From NCBI GenBank assembly GCA_032718475.1, contig JAUCBJ010001606.1, positions 35,436-99,435 on the forward strand: a stretch of DNA of 64,000 nucleotides, given 5' to 3'. A program made the position numbers and the translations under genes. Positions 47,510 to 57,365 of this stretch are shown piece by piece (positions within the stretch are counted from its first letter, which is position 1; the number at the start of each line of letters is the position of its first letter). Source of the DNA: Nemertoderma westbladi (lineage: Eukaryota > Animalia > Xenacoelomorpha). The notes under the pieces were generated by a model. The model worked only from the letters and a program-made list of their open reading frames with translations. It had not been told where the DNA came from and did not search any database.

Positions 47510-48772
47510 TTACATCGATTCTTTCCAGGAGGCATTCTCCCACTGCCCCCCTTTACGTCCTCTTATTCTTCGCCACACTCTCTCCGCCAATTCCAACTCA
47601 CCAGGAATTGGTTCTCCCTCTTCTGCCACCCCAAAATCGGGTCTCTCCGCTGCCTTCTTAACTTCCTCGTCTCTTGGCATCAAAATGCCACCTCCCACCT
47701 TGTTGTCTCCCGGCGGCAGAATGAAAAGAAAGTGAAAGAACAGACAAAACAGAACGTACAATAGTAGTCCTATCCCTTTCCATTCTGTCTTCCTTCTCGA
47801 CTTCCCCCTTGTCGGTATGCCTCTCAACTGGACCGGCGTCTCTTCCGGACACTCCTCTGGACACTCCTCCAGACTATTGTCCTCCTGACACTCCACCGGA
47901 CACTCCTCCGGGTTGTCCTCCTGACATTCCACCGGACACTCCTCCGGTTTGTCCTCCGGATATCTTGCCGTCCGCTCCTCTCCATCCCTATACTGATACT
48001 TGCTGGGAAATCTATTCTCCTCCGCCCACTCTCTTACTTTTACTTCCCCGTCTGGTTTATCTGCTGTCTCCTGTTTCTCCTCTTCATCCTCAACATCTTC
48101 GGTGCCTGGTAACATGCACCCTGATGTCTCCGTCACCCTGGATGGAATCTTGGTTTTAACTGGGCCGCTAAGCGTCCATCCGAATGGCGTGAGGATCGCC
48201 GTCGGATCCCGCTGCCTGTCTTCGCCGAAGACCGTCTGTATTCTCTCGTGGGCCGTTGGGCAGTCCATTCCTACTATGATGGATACCTTCCTAACGTCCA
48301 TCTTTGGTATTGAGAAATCGATACCGTCCAGGAATCTATATTGTTCGACCTCAATGTTGGTTGGTCGCCTGGCGTCGATATTTATCGATTCTATCACGTG
48401 GATGGGGTTGATCGTCGCCCCATAATCGCATCCCGGTGCTATCGCTGCTATCTTACACCGCCCCGTCCTCATCTCCAGGACCTCATCCTTACTTGAGACG
48501 GTAGTTACCGCCATCCTATTCGGCCTCGTCTTTAGCCCTATCTCTTCGGCCACCCAGTTCTCCACCAGCGTGAAGGCTGCTCCGCTGTCGACCAGCATTA
48601 ATGTCGTTACTGATTGACCGCCCTCTCCTGATATCTTCACTGGTACTACCCCGAGTAGTACTTTTCTCTTCTTTCTTGCCACTGTCGTGCTTGTAGCCAT
48701 TGTTTGGCCTCCAGTCTCGGACTCTCTAACTGCTGTTTCTCTACACTCTCCGGATCTGTGTCCTTCTACCAC
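47510..48772 (-). CDS. BEL/Pao-type aspartic protease region with non-RT low-complexity tail
   Basis: VLLGVVPV..MLVDSGAAFTLV..IIVGMD..TPFGWTLSGP. The upstream frame gives the zinc knuckle CHRCVVEGHRSGEC. The tail has PEECPVECQED repeats. Confidence 0.75.
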   Translation of the reverse strand: MVEGHRSGECRETAVRESETGGQTMATSTTVARKKRKVLLGVVPVKISGEGGQSVTTLMLVDSGAAFTLVENWVAEEIGLKTRPNRMAVTTVSSKDEVLEMRTGRCKIAAIAPGCDYGATINPIHVIESINIDARRPTNIEVEQYRFLDGIDFSIPKMDVRKVSIIVGMDCPTAHERIQTVFGEDRQRDPTAILTPFGWTLSGPVKTKIPSRVTETSGCMLPGTEDVEDEEEKQETADKPDGEVKVREWAEENRFPSKYQYRDGEERTARYPEDKPEECPVECQEDNPEECPVECQEDNSLEECPEECPEETPVQLRGIPTRGKSRRKTEWKGIGLLLYVLFCLFFHFLFILPPGDNKVGGGILMPRDEEVKKAAERPDFGVAEEGEPIPGELELAERVWRRIRGRKGGQWENASWKESM

Positions 48773-50087
48773 ACATCGATGACATAGTCCGTTTGCCGTC
48801 TGTGTAGGCTATACGATCTTGTTTGGGCAACGCTTGCCAGTGCTTACAACTCATGGTCTTATGGGTTCCATCCCGATGTAATTGACATTCGAATCCTGGA
48901 TTGTAGCGTTCCCTATATAGTCCCCCACGTATCGCGCGTAGGTTTATATCTACCGATTTAGTGTTTTGGTTATCTAGACTCGGCCTACTGGGTATGTTGG
49001 GATTATGTTTATTTGTGGTGTTATTTTCTTTCTGTCCCTGCCACGGTGTGGCCCTACTCCTAGCTAACTGTGGGCTTGTAGCCCCCTGTGTGGCCGCGTG
49101 TGGTAGCGACTGTCTTACTCTCGAGAATGGATCTGCAGGATTGTGTTCGGGTTTAGGCCTGTTGTATTCGGTCTTTGGCGCCTTCCCCAAACTATCCTCA
49201 CTATAGACTGGGTCTGTGATCAACTCGGCTTCGTAGTTTAGGAAGCTCGACATTTCTTCTAGGCCCGGTTCCGCACCCTTCTTCTCTCGAGTGGAGAAGG
49301 CGATCTTCCTCCACTTGCTCCGCAGCCAGATCGGCAGTGCCTGCGCTATCGTGGTGATGTTATTAGATGCGTTGAGTTCGTATGGCGCGTCTAGTGTCTT
49401 CAGCACGATTAACGCCTTCTCGACCTTGTTCGCAAAGGTCTTTATGCTGACGGGGTTATCCTGTAGGCCACCCGATGTTATACCCCTCAGGGTTTGCCGG
49501 ATGATCTTGGCTGGGTGTCCGTATTCCCTGTCTAGCGCCCGCCATGCTGTCGTGAAGCCGCCCTCGATGCCCTGGTACTGCCTCACGATGTCGTATGCTG
49601 GGCCTCCTGTATACACCTGTAGATATTTTAGGCACTCCGCCTGCGTCAAGTTCTTACTTAATATCTCGTTGCTGTACATGCGCCGAAATTGCAGGTATTC
49701 TTCCGGCCTACTTCCGTCGAATTTAAATGGCTCGACTGGTGGTAACTCGATCCTGGTCTTTAATGCATCGATTAATGTAGCCATTCCCATTGCCTGTGCT
49801 TCCAATGGGTTCGAGGGATGCTGTACAGACTCTCCTGTTGGGTGCGGTCCGTTCGTCCTATCTGTTGTTCTCCTCTGTTGCGTCGGATATATCATTGGGG
49901 GTAACGGCCCCCTCCATATTTCCGTGTCGCACGACCTGTTCTCGTCCAGGGGGTTCGATGTTCTTATTGCTGTTCGAGTATATTGTTGATATTGTAATGG
50001 GGGAATGTCACCCTGTCCCCCCCCCCCCCCCCCCCCACCGGTATGTTTGGTACTGGGGTTGATGTTAATATATTGGGGCCCATACAT
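48741..50087 (-). CDS. BEL/Pao Gag (DUF1759-like), frameshifted relative to the protease
   Basis: LPPVEPFKFDGS..Y.QF..LKYLQVYTGGPA..AWRALDREYG..LPIWLRSKW and a Cys/His knuckle CQLH...H....C. Confidence 0.8.
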   Translation of the reverse strand: MYGPQYININPSTKHTGGGGGGGGQGDIPPLQYQQYTRTAIRTSNPLDENRSCDTEIWRGPLPPMIYPTQQRRTTDRTNGPHPTGESVQHPSNPLEAQAMGMATLIDALKTRIELPPVEPFKFDGSRPEEYLQFRRMYSNEILSKNLTQAECLKYLQVYTGGPAYDIVRQYQGIEGGFTTAWRALDREYGHPAKIIRQTLRGITSGGLQDNPVSIKTFANKVEKALIVLKTLDAPYELNASNNITTIAQALPIWLRSKWRKIAFSTREKKGAEPGLEEMSSFLNYEAELITDPVYSEDSLGKAPKTEYNRPKPEHNPADPFSRVRQSLPHAATQGATSPQLARSRATPWQGQKENNTTNKHNPNIPSRPSLDNQNTKSVDINLRAIRGGLYRERYNPGFECQLHRDGTHKTMSCKHWQALPKQDRIAYTDGKRTMSSMCGRRTQIRRV

Positions 50088-52585
50088 CTATCTGCAATAA
50101 CTCTCCCCTCCCCTGGATATATGTTATGTCCCTGGATATTATAGTCATGCTGCTGTACTAGTACCGATATAGGCCTATCCACTTACTGGCCTACCTACCG
50201 GTATGTACTCCGCGACTTCCGGATCTAATCCCGTCGTTCGCGCTACCCTATCGCCTACACTATCTCTCCCAGCATGGCCTATAATAGTATGTGCAGTAAG
50301 GCCTACAGTATGTCCTGCAGTCTGCATGTGCCCTTCCGAACCGAAGTTTAATCTTCTCGAATCTCGAATCTCCCCGCGACTACCGTACTCTCGATCGGCA
50401 GCTATATCCCGTCGGGAAGTTTCTCTTCGATCCCCTCTCCTGTTCTCGTCTTCATATCGGTACATCCTGTACCGCTCTCCTGGCGTGCAGTGCGTCTCTC
50501 CAGGGCGACGGCAATCTCCCGGAGTTCGACCCCACTGACTCCCTAACTCCATCTCTACTATCGACGGCTCGCTATCCGTCCTCGCTCTCCGGTTGCTCCT
50601 AGCAACGACTCTTCTATTATCTTCACTTCTTCTCTCTTCGACCTCTCGGTTAAACTCTACTAATCTTCTTCTATCTTCGACCTCTCAGTTAAACTCTACT
50701 AATCTTCTTCTCTCTTCTGACTCGACATCTTCTCGCTCGCCCATCTCGACGCACATCTGACTCTACTCTGTCCGGCTGGACCCTCCTGGGGATACTCATC
50801 ATCCCCCTACTATTCTCCGTCGTCGGGTGCCGCGGTTCACCTAACTTGCCCCGCGCATTATCCGCCGACGCCTGTGGGACATTCTTGGCCGGACCATCTG
50901 TGTCTCCTACATTAGTATTAATAGCCCCGTTATCAATATTATTATTTAAATTATTTAAATTAGAATTATTATTATTTTCTAAATTTAAATTATTATTATT
51001 ATTCGAATTATTTCCCGTATTTGAATTTAAATTATTCGGATTATTTTGAATATTTGAATTAGAATTATTATTTGAATTATTTATATTTAAATTTAAATCA
51101 GAATCACCGGACAAATTATCATTTGCTGCAACAAAAGCTTGACCAGGGTTATCCACTACGGTACTATTAATATTAATTACTTCTAACGTATTATTATTAC
51201 CCCCCCCCCCCCACCCGTACGGCTACACCAGTTCTGGTTCTGTCGCCCGGTGCTTGTAAGTGGGGTATTAACAAACGTTTTCACTACTTCTGGCTCCTCG
51301 TAAACACTACCCGAGCCAGCCTCACTCTCTGATAGTCCCAACTGCGCCAGTTCTAGTCAGCGTTTCTGTTTGGCTTGATATTGCATAAGCCCCCTTAGGC
51401 GGGCATGCAAATCATCCCGCACACGCTTTGCCTCTATCTCTCTCTCTCTGTCCTCTCGTAAACTTTGCTCGGCCAACTCTGCCTCTCTCGTAACCCTCTC
51501 AAGCCGCCTCGCCGGCTCGTTCTCTACTCTCATCTCCCGCTCTCTACGCTCCTCGACTCTCTCTCTATACTCCCTTGCCAACTCTCTTTCTCTCTCCAAC
51601 AATGCGGTTTCCTCACTCAGTCGCCTCTCAAACTCTTTCTGGTCTAGCGCCGCAATTTTTAATTGACACGCCAGATTTATCTCCCGCACCCGTTGTGCTT
51701 TTGCGGAGGATGTAGCAGACTTATCGGTTGCGACAGACTCCTGTCGCCCCTCCGTCCTACTAACTTTCCCCCGCTTTCCGGGGTTCTCGCTGACCGACGA
51801 GACCGAATTCTCGGAGTTAACCTCGGATTCGCCCTCATGCGGTCCCGCCCAACCCACTAACTTAACTCCCCTGGCATCAACTAAGTATGGCCCTATGTAC
51901 ACTACACCAGGCTCCATACCCCTACATTCCCACAGTTCAAACAGTTCGGTGGCGACCCCTCTCGCTCTTTCACCCGCCAACTCTCCTTGTCCAAAGCGGA
52001 CTAGATAGTTAAATGTTTATTCGACTCACCTAGCCACTTCTCTAGCTTCACCTGATCTAGTTTTGCTCCCTCCTTAGCTTCCTTTATCTGCTTCCTCGTC
52101 GCGTTGTAGGCCCGCCGGAGCCGGTCGCTAACTCCGACGTCCTCGTCGCCGACATCCCCTCTTTCTCTCCGTGTCCAGCGTCGTACCGGCGGCCCCACCG
52201 TCGCCGTTCTGGTGGGCCGTCCGTCGCCCTCGGCCTGTGGCTGGCCAGCGACATTGGTACGTCGACCGCCGTCGTGCGTCGACTCGTCTCTCCCTTCTCT
52301 CGACTCACTCATCCCTCGCTGTGGTAGACGGCCACCCTCCGTGTGGATTGCCGGATCGTCTATCATCGACGAACCCAGCGTCATGGGTCGATACCGTCGC
52401 GTCGCGGCCTCGCGGATCGTTAGGTTGTCGTCCAGGGTCCGCGGCGGTGTCCTCTCTCCCTCTATGTCTCGGGGCTCTCGACTGCTCATCTTTAACTTCC
52501 TCTCGGTGGCTGGCAGTCACAGTTTGTGGTCCCTGAATCTTGTACTCGGTAACTTTAGTACTAGGCCAGTAGGCAATTTTAAGAC

Positions 52586-53150
52586 TGTGACGGGATCAGA
52601 GGATCCCGACCAGTTTGGTTTATGTACGCGTCAGCCGCACCGTGTGATGGAAAAAAGGAATTTGTTGTTCCAGTGTCGTTATTATGGACTGATATATATA
52701 TATATAATACAGAGTGATAGTAGATAGCATGGTTGACCGGTATGATGATATAGTAACTAATTGGTGACGGCGGTGACGGTCTTAAAATGTCACTGTACTG
52801 CCATGACTGAGTGATCGAGTAAACTACTGAATGAATGAGCAACACCGACTGGTAATATACTGCTCTAGGTTGGCCGCATTACTCAGCGGATGCCTGCCCC
52901 CCATTGGCTAGTAACCTAATTCTCGCCTCCCATCTCTCTGGGAGTGTTTTCCCCCTCTACTGTCACTCTCCCTCTCCCGGAGGTGTAACCTCTGACCCCC
53001 ATTGTGTGTGGCCCTTTGGGGTTTGTCATCCCCGTTTATTGGGGGTGATACGAGGTTGATTGGTAATCAACCTTGTACTTCCCAATATTGCTTAAAGGCG
53101 CTCTTTCCCACTTTATGGGGGTTGGTGAGGCGGAATTGAATCCGCTCATA
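52586..53150 (-). repeat. 5' LTR
   Basis: Direct repeat of 45651-46215; terminal caca mutated to cata. Confidence 0.95.
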
Positions 53151-54463
53151 TGTACTGTGTCAATATTATATTGTACTGTGTCAATATTTAAACTGAACTG
53201 TGTCAATATTTTGTAGTATTTTTAAATATTGCAACCCCACTTCAAATATTGAATTTTGAGCCAGATATGATGCCATATTTCATAAGGCTCTATAGATATG
53301 CAATGTGTTATTCGTAACAGCCTACCAGAAAAACTTCATATATATGCAATAAGTAATTTTATTGCAATAATATTAATTTTATTGCAATAATATTAATTTT
53401 ATTGCAATAATATTAATTTTATTGCAATAATATTAATTTTATTGCAATAATATTAATTTTATTGCAATAATATTAATTTTATTGCAATAAAATTAATATT
53501 ATTGCAATAAAATTACTTATTGCATATATATGAAGTGTGGTGTAGTGTAGTGTATTGCTGTTATGTTATGTTTTAGTGGAGGGTGTTGTTACGTATTGGA
53601 AAAATTATTGATAAAGCAGTCAGGCAGTGTGATAAAGCAGTCATTCAGTTTTAGGTTGCTCAGATAGGAATTTTAGCAGTAAAACCTTTAAATCTACTCC
53701 ACTGGCACGTTTGGTCTTATTGCTCTTTGCATCAGCCTTCACTTCAGCAAATGATGGTTTTATGAAATTCAAGTTATAATATTAACAACCTCCATCATCA
53801 CTTCTAAACTTTCAAATGTGTTTTTCAAAAAATCCACAATTTTTTTCTAGAACAATTTGATGGATCTTATGCTAGATATAGCTTTTTTTTATGACATAAA
53901 TAAATTGCTTTAGTGTGTTAACATTTTACTTTTATTGTAGTGAAATACCTCAGTTGGAAAATATCAGAATTATTGAGCACATAAATAAGTAAACAAGAAT
54001 TTTTAATCTTAAATATTTTACGTTTTCGCTTGATTTTAGACCAAAATTGGGAGAAATAGTTGCGCTTTTTTCCCTAGGAAAAAAGTATCCCATAGGATTG
54101 CATTGATTTTGCTTTTTTCCGGCGAAAAAAAGTGAAATAAATTATTTCGGTGGAATTTCTTAAATTTTATTAAATGTGTTCAAAGGGCATTGGCGATAAA
54201 ATGTTTGCAAGTAATTTGAACAAAATCCATGCACGCACTCAAAAGTTATGGCATACTTAGTGTCTACGCGGCGTACTCCAAAAAGGGAACTCAATATAAG
54301 AGGCTCTCTATTTACGTAATAAATATTCGAGAACACTAAATTATTTAACATTGAGTAAGGCAGCATCAGGAGTTGAAGAGTACATTAATTTGAATGCACT
54401 ATGGAAGCAATGTAGTAAAATACTATGAAATATAGTTCAATTTAATTTGTACCACTATACATA

Positions 54464-56533
54464 CACCATGTCCCAGAATATAGTGTCGTAATTCAGTGAC
54501 ACCCCCCCCCCCCCCCCCCCTAATTTTTCTACAAATCTTAATGAGATTGCATGAAATTTGAAACAGCGATAGTTTCACCTCCCGACCACTGACTGGGTGA
54601 GCCAGAATTTTTATTTTTGCTTTCAATCTTTAGCTACAAGCGTTTAAAAAAAAGTGTCTCCAGCGATATTACTCTAGTTACACCGCAGTTATTCTTCTAC
54701 CTTATATAGCTGTTTGTTGGTACCAATGGAAAGCCTGGCCCTGCAAGGATTCCAAATATGTATTACAATTTGAATTTTGTTGAAAAATAGCTGAGATATG
54801 GGCGTTCAAATGTTGCATGGCTTTGCACTTCGCGAGGCTATTATATTCTATTTAATAAATGCATCATAATCTGGAATATTTTGTTTATCCAAATACTACA
54901 GTAGTACTACTACTACTATACTGCTGTACACAAGTACTAGTATATGTAATTACAGTATTAGTATTACAGTATTAGTACTACAGTATTAGTAGTAGTAACA
55001 AGTACTACTACTAGTACTACTACTACCTACTACTACTACTTACTACTAGTACTAGGATCGGCATGCTGCATTGCAGCTGCATTTTCAAGAATGCTGTGCC
55101 GGCTTGTCGACAAAATTGCGCCGCTACAACTCCCTATCGCCCATGACATTTGCTAGATCATCCGCATCTTCAAGGCCAGTGTACTTTAAGATGCGTCTCG
55201 AGAAAGTCATGGGCTGTCCACCATGCTTATTCACTCCATGAGGCTGCCAAAGTACAAGATTATGCACTGGCTGGTCCTCACGGCGAAAGCAATGTCCTGC
55301 AAAGCGGAGGCAATTTTGTTCTAGTGTCAAACTTGGGGGAACCAATGAGACACCTCCAATGTTATATAGTGTCTGGTTGGAGATGTGTGCATTGTACTTG
55401 ACACAATAAAACCGGCGTAGCATTCTTGTGAATGTGCCATCCAAAGATTTGGTGTCCTCAGCAGTTATAGCCCAGCATGGACTCCCATGGAGGAGTACTG
55501 GAACTACTGCTGCTCTAAATAATCGGACCTTAAGTTTCCGATTAATTCGCGGCGACTTCCAAATCCTGGAAAGCCTATTTAAGGCTGCCCATGCCTTTCC
55601 CTTACGTATTCGAAGGTCATCACCTGACTTCCGGATCCATGATCCCAGGTAACAGAAGTCGTCCACATACTCAATACCGTCCGCATACCATCCTTTGAGC
55701 TTATTTATGCTCATCCGATCAGAGACCTGCTGAGGACTTTCAAAGTTAACTGTCAAAATTTTGGTCTTTCTGAAGTTAATAAAAAGACCGACACTAGAAG
55801 CAGCATGTTCTAATGAGCTGAGGAGCCGTTGGGCTCCCTCTAGTGATTGTGAGAGTACTCCTAAGTCATCAGCAAAGTCTAGATCAGTTAGGTACTTGGC
55901 AGGATTTCCTCGACTTCTGGAGCCAGTAGGTGGAGTTATCATCACCCCATCATCATTATGATGATCTAAGGACATGCGTAGAACATAGTCAACCACAATT
56001 ATGAACAAGAATGGTGCAAGTGTGTCTCCCTGGAGGATGCCTCATAACACTTCAAATGGTTCTGTGTCATCGTCAACAGTAGAATCCAAATACGTAGCTG
56101 GGCAACAATGCATTACATCTTTAATCATACTATTATGTAGCTATTCATACATTTAAAAAATGTTCCAGAATATGGTTATTTATTAAATAGAATAAAATAG
56201 CCTCACGCCGGTGCAAAACCATGCAAGATTTGAACGCTCATATCTCAGCTAATTTCCAACGAAATTCCTTTCCATTGGTACCAACAAACAGCTTTAAGGT
56301 AGAATAATAACTGCTGTGTAACTTGTGTAATATCCCTGGAGACACTATTTTTAAACGCTTGTAGCTAAAGATTTAAACCAAAAATAATAATTCTGGCTCA
56401 CTCAGTCAGTGGTCGGGAGTTGACACTATCTCTGTTTCAAATTTAATGCAATCTCATTAAGACTTGTAGAAAAATTAGGGGGGGGGGGGGGGGCGTATCA
56501 CTGAATTACGACACTATATTCTGGGACATGGTG
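54464..56533. mobile_element. Complete Tc1/mariner-type foldback MITE with TA flanks, interrupted by an RTE LINE
   Basis: ta|caccatgtcccagaatatagtgtcgtaattcagtga ... tcactgaattacgacactatattctgggacatggtg|ta; arms about 420 bp. Confidence 0.88.
54897..56083 (-). mobile_element. 5'-truncated RTE-clade LINE with microsatellite tail and 10-bp TSD
   Basis: ORF 55124-56008 (LQGDTLAPFLF upstream, DLDFADD, FCYLGS, LRFAGHC). The tac/tag-rich tail spans 54897-55055. TSD atccaaatac at 54887-54896 and 56084-56093. Confidence 0.9.
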
Positions 56534-56857
56534 TAACGCTGTACGTTTTATTAAATAATTAAGCAACAAAAAAGTACAAATTTAAGAATAAAATTACGTA
56601 TTACATGGGAAAAAAACGAAAACATTTTATTTTTCAATATTCTCTCGTCCATGTTTTAACCTCGCTAACGCTTGGTAAATAAGATAGATCAAGAATCGTG
56701 AAAAACGTCCTACTTTTTTTCTCATGTAATAAATAATCATTTAAATATAGAATGGACTTAGCCATATAAAATTATTTTTTAATGTTGTAATATAATCGGT
56801 AACGAACTTGAGTAACTCGCTAGTTAGGAACTACCTTATTTATTTTACAATTTTCTT

Positions 56858-56965
56858 AGGGGCAATTTATTGTTTGGTGGGAAAGAGTCATTGGAGGGCA
56901 ATTGTCCTCGGGAGGCAATTGTCCTCGGGGGGTAATTGTCCAAGGGACAATTGTCCAAGGGAGGA
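56858..56965. repeat. Short ggcaattgtcc minisatellite
   Basis: About five degenerate ~17-bp units gg.caattgtcc. Confidence 0.6.
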
Positions 56966-57365
56966 AGTAGTCCGGTCCAGTCACGATCTGGGAGTACCGA
57001 CTTTGTCACTTTTACTTTTATTAAATTATCAGGCAATACCATGTAATTATTGAGGAGCTTTTGAAAGTGGGCCTTCCAACCATTGCATTGAGGCATTGAT
57101 TGCATTGATCAGCTGGTGATTCTGCTTTAGCCATGGGATGGTTGGTTGGCTTTTCCTCCCAGTCGGCAAGTTGATCGATTTCCATGCCTGGGCTGGGATG
57201 ATTGGTTGCTGTCATCCTGCTGGTTAATAAGCTCCTGTAGATTATCAGAGTACCACCCCCATCTACCATATTTATCCATAAAAGTTATGCAATTGTAAAA
57301 ACTTAAATATATTTTTATTTACGTGGTACCAGAATTAAACTGATTAACAGTATAATAAACTAAAC

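Larger units (their letters stand above)
45651..53150 (-). mobile_element. Non-autonomous BEL/Pao-like LTR retrotransposon
   Basis: Two 565-bp LTRs, 5-bp TSD tgtac (45646-45650 and 53151-53155), purine tract gggggag next to the 3' LTR, Gag and protease ORFs, and no RT, RNase H or integrase. Confidence 0.9.
44205..53536. mobile_element. Foldback element with minisatellite arms, interrupted by an LTR element
   Basis: 44205-44345 mirrors about 53280-53460, and 44675-45200 mirrors 45430-45650 plus 53151-53278. Arms contain aatattgacacagtac-type and tattaattttattgcaataa repeats. Confidence 0.8.

Noticed and set aside
57021-57269. 82-aa ORF just downstream of paralogue 3
   Set aside because: No recognisable motif and no counterpart downstream of paralogues 1 or 2.
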